Source of the DNA: Welwitschia mirabilis
Lineage: Eukaryota
Length of the DNA stretch: 51,955 nt
Direction of reading: 5' to 3'
NCBI GenBank assembly: GCA_051453625.1
Contig: JBOZIK010000001.1
Coordinates: forward strand, 37,608,788 to 37,660,742
Under the pieces are notes generated by a model, which was not told where the DNA came from, ran no database searches, and saw only the letters and a program-made list of their open reading frames with translations. Within the stretch, counting starts at the first letter, position 1. Every line of letters starts with the position of its first letter. The position numbers and the translations under genes are program-made. This document shows positions 39,534-51,955 of the stretch, piece by piece.

Positions 39534-41690
39534 TGATAGACTATCTAAATTTATAAATTCCTATGTCTTTTAATGGCTAATTGACTTGATATGAATATTA
39601 TTCTTATATTAATAAGATAAATTACTAAATTAAAATGATTTTTATATATTTCATCCATAAAAGTTTCAATTTCCATAAAAAATGTATTATTTTATGTTAT
39701 TGATAAGACCATTACCTAGCAATGGGACAATGATAAGTTTGATATTTGTTTTAGTGTAGTTATCATGACATGATATTTTTGTGGCACGATCCATATCATA
39801 GTCAAAATTTGAGAACATTCCAAAAGTTACTATAGTAAAATAATTATTGATGAATATTATGGCATGACAGCTATCTATGAACAAAATGATAAGTGCATGA
39901 AATTTTATTACTAAATCTACCACATTGTAATAAGAATAGATCAATTATGCTATTATTAGGTGATGAAAATTTGAACATAGTTTAATTAATCCACAATAAG
40001 AACTATGAACTTGACATAAATAATTGACCATTAATAGGTCTAATGATAAGCAATCTTGGAAAAATGACAAGGAATCAAATATCCAAATTGATGTAAGAAT
40101 AATTCCCTTTCTAATATCTTCTCAACTATATGTAACTTTACATGTAATTCATTGTAATCATATCCAAAATTTCCTTTGATCTAATGTACAAATATATTTA
40201 TTTTTCTTAGAAGGATTGACACATAGATATTAATTTTCTACTTCTTTATAATTTAGTTTTATTACAATAAAGATTTATATTTAGATTTCAATTGGTTGCA
40301 TCTTTAGTTTGGTTTCATGGTAAGTGATCCTTTTGAGACATTCTTACTATAATGCTATTGGGACTTGCTTAATCTAGATTTTTTTCATTTCTTTCTATTC
40401 TGTTTTTTTTCTTTTTCAAGTATTTTAGTTTTTTAATTACAAGGACGTCAAATTATATATAGTAGTAGAAGTAGAAAGCTAAGTCATTGTAATTTTAAAT
40501 TTCATTTATCTTATCTTTATTTCCCTATTAATTTAACTTGATATTAATGAAAGTTTTCTAAATGAAAAGTTGTTTGTGCTAATGTTTTATCTTAGTATGC
40601 TGATATTGAAAATTTTTAAATCCTATGGTAAACTCCCTAGCAACATTAATTCTTATGAACCCAATAAAAAGCAATCTTAATAATATAAATCCTTATGGGA
40701 ACCACTACCATTGTTTAAATATTATACTAACCAAGTCTTTCAAAGATATGTACCTATGAATGAAATGACTAATATATTTGAATTTTTTTAGAGTATATGA
40801 TGGTCCTTTTCATGGAAATAAAACTACATCTAAAGACTTAAATATTATCTACTTTTGGCTTATCCTTTTTAAAAATGTTAATGATTTTTGTAGATCTTGT
40901 AATAAGTGAAAATGGATGGGCAGTTTTATCAAAAGAAATAAAATTCCTATTGAACCTACTATTATTTGTAAACCTTTTGATTTTTGGATATAGAATTCAT
41001 TGGATCATTCCCACCTTGCTTTAGTAATGTTTATATTCTTTTTTGTGGGGATTATGTTACTAAAAGGATATGCTAAACTAATTAAAATTGATCAATTCCT
41101 ATGTTTTTAATGGCTAATTAATCTAATGTAAACATTATTCTTGTATCAAAAAGGTAAATTACTTGATTAAAGTGATTTTCATGTTTTTTATCATGTAAGG
41201 TTTCAATTTTCATTAAAAATGTATTATTTTGTATTATCGACAAGATAATCATCTAATGATGGACTGTGATAACTTTGATATTAGTTTTAGTGATTTGTAA
41301 TTATCATAATGTAATACTTATACAACAAAAGCCAAATCATATCAAGAACTTGAGAACATTCTAAAAGTCACTAGAACATAATAAATAATTATCAACAGAT
41401 ATTACGATGTAATAGCTACTGATGGAATAAAAGATAATTTGATATAATTTTTTTACTATATCTATCACATTATGATAAGAAGATATCAATAGAGCTATCA
41501 CTAGGTGATGAAATTTTGAATATAGTGTAATGATTCATGATAAGAACTATGAACTTAGCATAAGTAATCAATCATCGATATGTCTAGTAATAAGCAATCT
41601 TAGGGAAATGATAAGGAATTAAAGATCTAAATTAACATGATAATAGTTTCATTTCTAATATCTCTCAATCATATGTAATTGTATAATCTC
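39534..41690 (+). mobile_element. Highly deleted LTR-like element: two ~600-bp diverged direct repeats around an integrase scrap
   Basis: 39534-~40140 is colinear with 41071-~41680 (AATTCCTATGT.TTTTAATGGCTAATT; TTGAGAACATTC.AAAAGT; AATAAGAACTATGAACTT). No clear TSD or PBS. Confidence 0.6.
40790..41068 (+). pseudogene. Ty3/gypsy (Athila-like) integrase zinc-finger/core fragment
   Basis: YDGPFHGNKTTSKDLNIIYFWLILFKNVNDFCRSCNK*KWMG...CKPFDF..IEFIGSFPPCFSNVYIL..DYVTK resembles GGHF...KT..KVL...YWPTLFKD...C..C..CQR.G...FDVWGIDFMGPFP...YILV.VDYVSKW. Confidence 0.8.
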
Positions 41691-42939
41691 TTAGCATTTT
41701 CTTTTTTCTTTCTTTACATTATGACTTAGTTACATTTCTTTGAATACTCCTCTTTTCCAATGGAATGATACTTTATGAAGGGTTTTTTATTATATTAAAT
41801 TTTTGTATCTTTTAAAATTTGAGATCAAAGTTTAATTTTGGTTAGGAAATATGGCATTTGTTTTTTACAAAATGATTTTAATTTAATGCCTTATTTTTAA
41901 AAAAAATTGGTTTAAAAAAATCTCAAAGGATATATCATTTTCATACTTACTTTTTTTGTAATCCCTTAGAATTTTTCCATCTTAGATTATTTCTTTTTCA
42001 TACTTTTTACTAAGATTCTAGTAAAATTCTAGTTAACTATGTGTTAGCATGCAAAAATTAATATTTAAACCAAGTATATTTAACCAATTTGACTTAGTTA
42101 AAGATAATGTCTTCAATCCTTTTCAATATAATTTCTAAACTTATGCACTTTTCCATGAGAATTTCAAGTAAAATGCTACATTCTGCATAACATATTAAAA
42201 TCTGAAGATAATCTAACTAAAAACACTATTGTTGTCATCTAGGTNNNNNNNNNNATTCTAAAACTATCATGGAAAATTAATCAAATTGTAATTATGGTCT
42301 TAATCAGTTATTAAACTAAAAACAACTGGTATCTTTAATGGCACATGGCAGAGTTATAAAAGACATGTAGCCATAACATGTGACAATAACATGTGTGATG
42401 ATGTAGGAGACACATGGTGATAGCATTAGTTAATAGAAGCATTATGATCCAAAGGTTATGTATTGGACTCATCATGACAATCTTCATCTAATATAACAAG
42501 ATAAATACTATGCCTAAACCTACATGATAAAAATTATAATTGCCCAACTACCATTACAAGCCAAAGGCTCCTAATCACCTCAATCCTATTCTCGTCTATA
42601 AAAAGGATCAAGTCCCCTCATTGTAAAAGAGATCTTTGGTGCAGGAGTAGAGCTGGAGTGAAGGAGGAAGGTAGGGTTCGAGAAGCAATAGGTCAATAGA
42701 AGTGATTTTAGTTTTTAGGAAACCTAGCATGTAGGAGGCAGTATAGGCCACAAACAGTTATGTAAATGGGTAAGATGTAACGTTATTTTTTCTTCAGAGT
42801 TGATTTGAAGCAAGGTGTAAAGAAGGAATTTTTCCCTCAAAATAAAGAAGACTCAGTTCTCCATGGAGGGGAAAACCCTATTTTTAGACATAGATGAAGA
42901 TGCATGCTCTAAAATAGAAAAGAATTTTAATAAATTTAA

Positions 42940-43573
42940 TAGACAAGTTTATTTCATCTAATCCAAGGCCCAGACTCGATCTCATTAGAGAATGGGTAGC
43001 CATTAAATGGACAGGGATTAGTAAAGTCAATGTAATAGTTATGCAAGAAGGATTAGTGCTCTTTCAACTTGATAATGAATGGGATCGAGATGAGATAAGA
43101 GTAAGAGGACCATGGTTTTTTAAAGCGAGGGGGTTAGCCCTAGTTAAATAGATGTCAAGAGTGTAATCAGACATAAATTTTTTTAAAAAACTACCAATAT
43201 GGATTTGTATTCACAAGTTTCCATTGGAGTTCTGGGACAAAGATCTACTGAGAAAAATTGCTTCTCACTTTAGAAACTAATTTAATTAAACAAGATAATT
43301 ATAAAAAAAATGAGATTAATCCTGGAAAGATTTTGTATTTGAATTAGCATAGAAGAAACAAAGGAGATTCAATCCATGAAATTTAGATCTAAATGGGGTA
43401 CATATGACCTCAAAGTCACCTATGAGAATCTACTAATACTATGTGAGACTCGTGGAAAGTCTAGGAACATCCTAGAAAGACGTGCAATAGTAGAAAAGAG
43501 ATGTATCCATTATAGAAAAGGCCACAAAAAGGAAGAATGCAGAAAGAGACTAATCAACATTGAAATAAAATAG
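42940..43573 (+). pseudogene. LINE ORF1 remnant (DUF4283-type RNA-binding domain + zinc knuckle)
   Basis: RPRLDLIREWVAIKW...GLVLFQLDNEWDRDEIRVRGPWFF...LPIWICIHKFPLEFWDKDLLRKIAS, then KVTYENL..C and CIHYRKGHKKEEC. Confidence 0.85.
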
Positions 43574-43933
43574 TAGGAAATGTTCTCTTTTTATGAAAAG
43601 ATAGGGCATAATCAAAACGATTATTAGCATAAACAGAAAAAAGAGAAAACAGTCAAGAATACTAGGGTCTATCCAAAGGGAAAAATGAAAAATACATGGA
43701 ATACAATCTCTTTCAACATCTAGCGAAGGGAGCCTAAAGATATCCATCAATATCATAATCCAATAAATGTAGATGAATTAAATGATGCTGAAGTTTAAGT
43801 GAAGGGAAAACCTAGTAACAAAGTACTTAGAGAGAGGGAATCCATAGAAAATTAGCTAATAGCTCCCAAATAACCATTTAATACATAGTGAAAAAGGTCA
43901 AAGGCTATCTAAAAAGGGGCAAAAACAAACTTG

Positions 43934-46900
43934 ATGGAGTGTCTCACTTAGAATTGCAAGGGACTAGGGTCCTCTTATAAGAAAAAGGCTCTAAGAGATC
44001 TAATCAGAAAATTTAACATCAATGTAGTCTGTTTACAAGAAATAAAAATATGAGATAGCATAGAATTAGATAACGTCTAGTAGTGATGGAACATTTCACA
44101 TCTGTAGAGCAAGGAAACTTAGGAGGAATTATAACCCTCATAAATAACAAAGTAGAACTAATTAACAGATGCAAAAATCACTTAACTATCTATCTGAAGG
44201 AAGAAAGATGAATTATTAAAAATGTTTAAAGCTCTCAAAATAATCTAAAAAAAGCCTCCATGCTAGAGAACCTTTATAGTATAGTTATGAATAAATCTAA
44301 ATGGTTAGTGATTGGGGATTTTAATCAATGCCTTCACCATTGGGAGAAAACTAGGAGCGAAAACTGGAATAGCAAAGGGGTAGTAATTATCAAAGATTTT
44401 ATGGTGTAAAACATCCTCTCAGATGTTCTGCTTATAAGATGCTAATACACCTAGTCCAATAGAAGGATGAAAGGCAAATAGGTGATGTCTAGGATGTATT
44501 AAATCCTCACTTGAAAGGACATAGCTAAGCTACCAATTGAAGCATGAGATCTAAACAGAATAGCCTTGGATCATCAGCTAATTAAATATGGAATAGGGGT
44601 GATAACACCCCCTAGAGCCTCATTTCAAATGAAATGATATTGGATTATGAGGGAAGAGACTAGAACATTAATTAAAAAGATTTAAAATTAGTATGATGAC
44701 ACTCACCCTCTTACTTTCCTCTATAGAGGCTTAAACACCCTTAAGTTATACATCAAGGATTGGAGAAGAGAAGATACAAAGAAATTTAAATCAAAAAAGG
44801 AGTTGAAGGAAGAGTTATAGAAAATTCAAGCTAAGTAAGAATAAGGAGAAGATCAAGACTACATTAACAATAGGAAATATAGATGCATCATAGCAGTTAA
44901 AGAGATAAATGTAGATAAGGAAAATTATTGAAGGGAAAAATATAGGATTAAGTGGCTCAAAGAGGAGGACAGATACATCAAATTCTTCTTCCAGTAGGCT
45001 AACCAACATAGAGAAGATAATAGAATAAGAAGGTTCATCAATAGGAAGAAGTTATAAAAATAAAGAGGAATAGCTAAGGACATGTAGATCCACCTCAAGA
45101 AAACGTGGGAGTATGAATATATCATTCCTCACCTAATTCCTAAGGATAAGAGAATTACTAATGAGAATAATGCTCATTTAACTATACATCTAATCATAGA
45201 AGAAGTTTAGTCATCTTTGAAATCAACAAAAAATAATAGAGCCCTAGGGCTAGATGGTTAGCCAGACAAACTATTCAAGACCTACTTATTTATTATGGGA
45301 GACAACCTTTATTATGTAATGCAAGATATTCTCAATAATAAATGCATCTTGGGGGAAATGAATTGAATCAAAATTATCCTCATTCCCAAAAAATGGGATG
45401 CTAGTAAACTAAAAAACTATAGACTACTAGGCATTTGTAATGTTCTATATAGAATCTTCATAAAAATGATGGTGAGCTATATCTTCCCCGCTCCCTAAGA
45501 TGATCTCTAAGAACCAAGTTGGCTTCATCCGATCTAGGTACATTCAACACCAAATTCTCCTAACTCACAAATTTATTTATTCTATTAAAAAGCATAAATT
45601 TCCTTTACTTATTGCTAAATTAGATATAGAAAAGGCTTATAATTCTATTATCTAACAAGCTTTAGATTGTATTCTTAGAAAAATTGGATTCAACCTAGAC
45701 ATCACTAACTTATGATTAGATATGAAAGATTTGGCTCAGTTTAGAGTGAAAGTTAATAGTTATAGAACTAAACATTTTTTAGTAGGTCGAGGATTAAGAC
45801 AAGAGAACCCTTTATCTCCATACCTCTTTCTATTTATTATGAATGTTTTACAAGGATTTATTAAAAGTAATGGAGTTACAAGCATTACAATAGAAAGCTA
45901 AATGTTTATTAATAATTACTACATTGATGATACAATCATCATAACTCAAACCTCTTGCCAATAAGCCAGAGCTCTCAAGAATTTCATGAACCTCTTTGAA
46001 AATGCCACGGGCCTTTGAACTAGTTAGAATAAATCTAGAATTCACATTTTGGGTCAAAACATTGTCAGAAGAGGTGAAATCACCAAAATTCTAAACACCA
46101 AAATAGGAGAACTTTAGGACATCTACCTTGGAATCTTGCTTTGAAATTAGCACAAGACCCTAACTTGGAATTTCATACTAGAATCAATCTAGAGGAAATG
46201 TATGCCTCACAAAATAAATTCCTTTCCTCCAAAGTAAAATCATTCTAGCAAATACATGCCTAATTTTATCTTTTAGGTACATTGCCTTCATTATCACTCC
46301 CTTAAAATGCATAGTTTAAAAAATCAATAGAATCTTAAAGGACTTCATTTGATTAGGAGGTAAAGATAAAAGATGCATTCACCTTTGTAAATGAAATCTT
46401 ATTGCTCATCTAAGAGAAGCAAGAGATTGAGAAGTACACTGGCCTAAGGATTGTCTTTTTACTAGTGCACACAAAGTTTTCAAAGATCATCTAAGAAAGG
46501 TCAATCTTGGAGTGATCTTATTATCCATAATTACCCAACTTAGAGCACAGCAGAAGAGAAGTCCTACCTTAGAAAAACCTTTGCAATGCTAGAAGAAACT
46601 TTATGGAATTAAACATTTGTAGTGATAATATGACCAAAGTTATACTCATCAAGAAATACAAGAAAAATGAAGCTTACAAAACTTATTGAAAGGGGTAGAT
46701 TTCAAATAAAATCAACATCTTTTGTTGGATGAAGGACTACAACTAAATTCTGACAAAGGACTAGCTATCAATCATGGCACCTAGGTTAACATTAATTGTC
46801 TAATATGTCAATCTTATTAAGAAAATGCTCAACATCTTTTTCATTAATGCATATGAAGCACTAAATTAATGAGAGTTATTACTAGTTATTATAATAATCG

Positions 46901-47050
46901 AAATTTATCTGAGATGTGAAAAAAATATGGGATACACTTGAGATTATGGTAAACTTATCATACCTATAACAAGGTAATATTCAATAATGCCCTCTTTCCA
47001 TTCCCTATAAACACCACCAGAAAGACCAAATGGTATCATTTGCAAATCAA
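43934..47050 (+). pseudogene. LINE ORF2 remnant (APE endonuclease, reverse transcriptase, C-terminal zinc-binding region)
   Basis: MECLT*NCKGLG, VVCLQE, WLVIGDFN, LDH (endonuclease); RALGLDG, IILIPKK..NYRLLGICNVLY, QVGFI, KLDIEKAY, RGLRQENPLSPYLF, YIDD, TYLGI (RT); CLICQ...HLF (zinc-binding). Multiple stops. Confidence 0.9.
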
Positions 47051-48076
47051 TGCAGCTATGGAAGATACTCAAACAATTGTGTCATCAGAGCTAAGCTTGT
47101 TTGAAGGGTGCCTTGCACTTTAGGATAAGATGCAGGCCAAAGGATGGAAAGATCTCTTGCACAAGATGAAGGAAGAAATCAAGGTTAATATCACTACATT
47201 TTATATAAGATGGAGAGGGAAAAGAACCATGTTTAGAAGAATTTCAATTGAGATTATAGAAGACTCCATGTCCCACCTGTTAAACATTCTTGTTACAAGA
47301 GAAAGAATCCCCTCCAAGAGTAGAGGGTAGGGGAAGGCCTCCCATTTCTTCCTAAGAGGTGTTCCAACACTTTAAAGTAGCCATATTAATCGCAAGGTGC
47401 TTCCTCCAAGAGTAAATTAAGAGTAAGGCATCTAGAGTAAGGCTAAGAGGCCTCCCGTTAGAAGGAAGAAGGTAGCCCCTACTACAATCAAGAGTTAAAT
47501 TTCCATTTCCAATTAGATTCCTCCTCTAAAGAAGAAAATTAAGAGTCCCATGAGGACATTAACAGGAGCAATGCAAGAAGATAAGTCTTGCTAACTACAA
47601 TTCATGACCTAAAAAGATGCCTCTTTTTTATCCTAGAATTTTTACATAGATCTCAGCTGCATGTCATTAAGTTAAGTTATTAGAAGAAGGCTCTTAGACT
47701 ACATCGTAACAAGAACCACATAAGAGTAGAGGAATTTAGAGAAGTAAATCAGGCTTTTGAGGTTTAAACAGATAAAATGGGATGATTTTTTATTCACCAT
47801 CATGGAAACCTCTTTTCCAATTACAAAGGCTATTAATCATATGCTCTTCCTAGTTATCTATGGTTTTGTATTAGATTTTTCTAGTTCTATGATAATTTTA
47901 GTAGTTTGAGGTGTTTTTTCCCCTGATTTTTCTTTGTATCTAGTAAGTTCACGTGAATTTTGCAGGCTGGGTTTTGCTAACTGGGTCTATTTTACCTCTT
48001 AAAATAGGGCAACTTCACCCTCCTCTATAAATTTTTTCATTTAATATAATTCTTTTTTCCCAAAAAAGAGAAAAAA

Positions 48077-48077
<1 letters not shown>

Positions 48078-48127
<50 letters not shown>
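48078..48127. repeat. Compound (AT)n(AG)n microsatellite at the LINE tail
   Basis: Directly visible: GAG-ATATAT...ATAG-AGAGAG...AGATCT. Confidence 0.95.
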
Positions 48128-48270
48128 TCTTTGGCNNNNNNNNNNNNNNNNNNNNNNNNNNNNNNNNNNNNNNNNNNNNNNNNNNNNNNNNNNNNNNNNN
48201 NNNNNNNNNNNNNNNNNNNNNNNNNNNNNNNNNNNNNNNNNNNNNNNNNNNNNNNNNNNNNNNNNNNNNA

Positions 48271-48835
48271 ATTCATGTTTTTAATAAACTAATAGCTATT
48301 CATTCTTAATTTTGAGTTGCAATTAATCTCATACTTTTAATGCTTAAGTAAGACTATATTGTTAAGTTCTTTCATTATCGAGTAAATTTCTTAGGTTATT
48401 ATTGGTTGTAATCATCTTGTTTGATGGATCTTAAGCATAATAGTTCTTACTTTTCATGCTTATATTAGGTTATGAAAGATTACAGAAATTGAAAATTCAC
48501 CAACACTCATGTNNNNNNNNNNAATTTAAACCATAATGACTTAATAACTTAAGCCTTATTTCAAGAAATTATAGAATACTGTTGAAGTGAATGCTTTACT
48601 ATCAAATAATTCAAGCTAGATCTTTTAATTTAGTTCATCTTCCCACTTTATCATGTAAAGTTAAAATCATCTCATACTTGATTTTCATTTTTATTTTAAT
48701 TTCTTAAAGATTTAGAAAATGTTGTATTACATTTGTTTAGTTCTATCTCGATTTATCTCTATGAAAAGAATGACATCAAGACCCTATTACATTGAGGGTC
48801 TTATTTTATAAATTATAAAATTTAAGTCACGAACA
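48271..48835 (+). repeat. Probable 3' part of an LTR that the LINE inserted into (5' part ~42040-42639)
   Basis: A TATA-like CTATAAAAAGG lies ~40 bp before the LINE. The segment after the gap ends ...AAGTCACGAACA, with hairpin AAGACCCT-n9-AGGGTCTT at 48778-48802. No TSD confirmed. Confidence 0.4.
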
Positions 48836-49077
48836 GTACTTCTGAGATAATACAATGTGAGTCACAAGTCTAATGTATTCACATTTAGAATGGTTGTGAG
48901 TTTTACAGAGAACCTTCTCCTATTTGTTTTTAAAATTCTAACATGAAAAAAGAAAAATTAGTTTCTTTTTATTTTAATAACTTAAAATTGAGATATGTAT
49001 TTTGCACTTCAAAAACCTCTTTTCATCCTAGTTGGAGGTTAAAACTAGTCATTACCTCCATTTTTATTAGTATTTTT

Positions 49078-49255
49078 GTATGTATGTAATGGTTCATCAC
49101 CTTTATGTATGTTAGTGTATGTTTTTTATGTGTAAAATCTATGTGATTTATAATCTTTTTGTAATACTATATTATGACTTATAATCTTTTTATGTATGTA
49201 ATGATTCATCACCTTTATGTATGTTAGTGTATGTTTTTTATGTATGTTAGTGTAT
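49078..49255. repeat. Imperfect local duplication, ~113-bp period
   Basis: TATGTATGTAATG.TTCATCACCTTTATGTATGTTAGTGTATGTTTTTTATGT occurs at ~49078 and ~49191. Confidence 0.75.
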
Positions 49256-50001
49256 TTTATTCAATGTGTTTTATAGTACCCAAATTATATCAATATTTTT
49301 CTTTATATATTGCAAAATTAATAAAATTAACAAAATTTTTACTCTGATTTTAGAATAATGAATAAAATATTAAAATATCTGATGTCTTTGCATTATATTG
49401 ATTATATCCTATTACAGATATTATTGTGCTATCATGATTGCTAGTATTTTTGCTTTTACATGTTCTTTTTTATTTATAAGAACAACCTTCAAATATTGCA
49501 ACCACCTATATAAAGCTATATACATCTAGATTATTGGTCTATTGGGCTATGTAAATGATGCAATTTCTTTTCTTCAAGTCAAATGATGAATATCTTCACA
49601 TATTCTAATAATACGACTAATACCACATCCTATAAGTAAAAATTCAGATTAGTAGTACAATTCATTTATCTTATCATCATTATTTACATGAGATGTATAA
49701 CAACATGAGTTAGGGGATGTAATAAAGCCTAAAATTTTAATAAATTATGATATTAAAAGTCATAATTTTTAATCATTTTAGAACTATAATACTATAGTTA
49801 TAGGTATTTTTGGACTTTTTAGGAGATAAAAGCACTAGAGATTAGATGATCATAACATGATGCATTTTACTCCATTTTGAGGTGATTTGTGATGATCAAG
49901 ATCAGAAGGTTAGGATCTAAAGTAAATATAGCATGAAGGACTAATTCTATCTATTAGCACTAGAGATGACTCATAGTATCTTTTCCATTATTATATTTCA
50001 T

Positions 50002-51955
50002 TGTTGTGATGTTAACTTGGATGTATTTGATAGGGTATTTTGAGTTGTTTTGTAGATAAACTAACAGATAAATGCCTAATTCCTCTGACAATCGAGAATC
50101 TAGGAGCACAAGACGAAAACATGTAGTTTATCAGATAATTCACAAGGATTTCCTATAGATATGGATAAATTGCATTTTCAGATAACTATCCCTACAAATA
50201 ACAAGATATCACATTGACAAAGGATTAGAAGACTATCGTTCCCTATGTCATCCAGATGACAGTCAGAATGATAACCCTATATTGGACATATGACAGACTT
50301 ATTTTTAGAGACTTGCAGTTGAAGTGAAGATCTTATTATCAGACTCCATCGTCCACCTCATCGTTCAGATGACACTATTAGATGACATCTCTAGAACTAG
50401 TTGACAGGACTTCGCATTAGGATCATAGATAATTAAACTGAAAGCTAAACAGATAACTCATTGTAAAACCTTGTCATCTCTTATATCATCCGGACGACCT
50501 CATGAATGACACTATTATCCCATACTTTTACAGATTGTATTCCCGAGGTGTCGCTTGTTAGTTGCGACTTTCCCTTGCATGATAGCTATAGTTTCTCTTA
50601 TGCTTTTATATCAGTCCCTTTTCCCTTCCTGTCTATAAATAAAGGTCTTCCTCTTGATCCCTAATCATCTTCGATAATACCTGACATTCTCGTGATAGGA
50701 AATCTTAGGACCGGAGAACTATCTTGTAATCCAGAGAGACGTTACCTTGGTATTGGACGGCGTATCCTCCATTGAGAAATGACTACTTTATGATACAGAT
50801 GTCTTTTTATCTTTAATATGAATTACTCTTTTTGTTAATAATTATGTTTTTCTAGATTCATGACAGGTTTCTTTAATTATATAGATTATGAAGGCAGCCT
50901 TCGTTAAGGTTGAGCTTGATTAGATTAGGTGCATTACTGTTTCTTTTTATATATTAGTTTTGCATTTTTATTCTATTTTATGCATTGCAATTTAATTCAA
51001 TAGATTAGGGTTACATATTTCTCTTTGAAATCAACTCTTTATTGTCCATACCATTGNNNNNNNNNNNNNNNNNNNNNNNNNNNNNNNNNNNNNNNNNNNN
51101 NNNNNNNNNNNNNNNNNNNNNNNNNNNNNNNNNNNNNNNNNNNNNNNNNNNNNNNNNNNNNNNNNNNNNNNNNNNNNNNNNNNNNNNNNNNNNNNNNNNN
51201 NNNNNNNNNNNNNNNNNNNNNNNNNNNNNNNNNNNNNNNNNNNNNNNNNNNNNNNNNNNNNNNNNNNNNNNNNNNNNNNNNNNNNNNNNNNNNNNNNNNN
51301 NNNNNNNNNNNNNNNNNNNNNNNNNNNNNNNNNNNNNNNNNNNNNNNNNNNNNNNNNNNNNNNNNNNNNNNNNNNNNNNNNNNNNNNNNNNNNNNNNNNN
51401 NNNNNNNNNNNNNNNNNNNNNNNNNNNNNNNNNNNNNNNNNNNNNNNNNNNNNNNNNNNNNNNNNNNNNNNNNNNNNNNNNNNNNNNNNNNNNNNNNNNN
51501 NNNNNNNNNNNNNNNNNNNNNNNNNNNNNNNNNNNNNNNNNNNNNNNNNNNNNNNNNNNNNNNNNNNNNNNNNNNNNNNNNNNNNNNNNNNNNNNNNNNN
51601 NNNNNNNNNNNNNNNNNNNNNNNNNNNNNNNNNNNNNNNNNNNNNNNNNNNNNNNNNNNNNNNNNNNNNNNNNNNNNNNNNNNNNNNNNNNNNTCCACCA
51701 CCCATCGTTAGAACTATTACTCGTACTCCTCCTCAACCAACCACTCGTGCGACTCTGAGAGATCTCATAGCTAATAAACGACTTGAAATTTAAAACCCCT
51801 TTGACTTATCTTCGAGTGATGATGTAGAACTAAAAAACCTAAATGCTTATCCTACCTTTAGAGAAAAACCTGATGAAGACCCCCTACAACACATCACAGA
51901 AATAAAATAACTCATTCTTACATCTGGTAATGGTAAAAAACGCATAACTGATAGA
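50002..51955 (+). mobile_element. 5' LTR and gag start of an Athila-like element related to 15121-23956 (runs off the window)
   Basis: TGTTGTGATG...TATTTGATAGGGT.TTT resembles the 15121 LTR start. Same hairpin repeats and CTATAAATAA. After the gap, DDVELKNLNAYPTF...DEDPLQHIT matches the gag start at ~17020 and ~17630. Confidence 0.85.
51057..51693. other. Assembly gap (others: 17148-17261, 21527-21626, 42245-42254, 48136-48270, 48513-48522)
   Basis: Runs of N. Confidence 1.

Larger units (their letters stand above)
42640..48122 (+). mobile_element. Full-length degenerate L1-clade LINE with 12-bp target-site duplication
   Basis: ORF1 and ORF2 remnants in order. AGAGATCTTTGG flanks both ends (42628-42639 and 48123-48134). 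A-rich tail at 48062-48077 is followed by a microsatellite. Confidence 0.85.

Noticed and set aside
51011..51758. Long ORFs of 220-241 aa in the ORF track (also those at 21454-21710 and 48037-48276)
   Set aside because: They are composed of X from N-gaps.

Overview
This is AT-rich, strongly CpG-depleted eukaryotic DNA, almost certainly land-plant intergenic or heterochromatic sequence. It is a stack of old, nested retrotransposons with no intact host gene. From left to right: (1) a minus-strand Tat-like Ty3/gypsy remnant (gag + protease), split by a complete 6.7-kb minus-strand Athila-like LTR element (5378-12049, TSD ATGAC/ATGCC), with its primer-binding site present in three tandem copies; (2) a CpG-retaining island holding a disrupted GPR107/CAND6-7-like (lung seven-transmembrane receptor) gene fragment; (3) an Athila-like gag-protease-only element (15121-23956, perfect TSD AAAGG) carrying dispersed ~40-bp hairpin repeats; (4) a degenerate Athila-like gag-pol split between RNase H and integrase by a 3.6-kb tRNA-iMet-primed element; (5) a deleted LTR-like pair with an integrase scrap; (6) a full-length degenerate L1-type LINE (about 42640-48122, 12-bp TSD) with an unusual ~1-kb coding-like 3' extension; (7) the start of another Athila-like element. 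Six N-gaps are present. I see no convincing intact novel system. The best leads are the tandem PBS array, the extra LINE 3' ORF remnant, the chimeric 7TM pseudogene island and the periodic hairpins. All calls are from by-eye reading, with no database search or alignment run.
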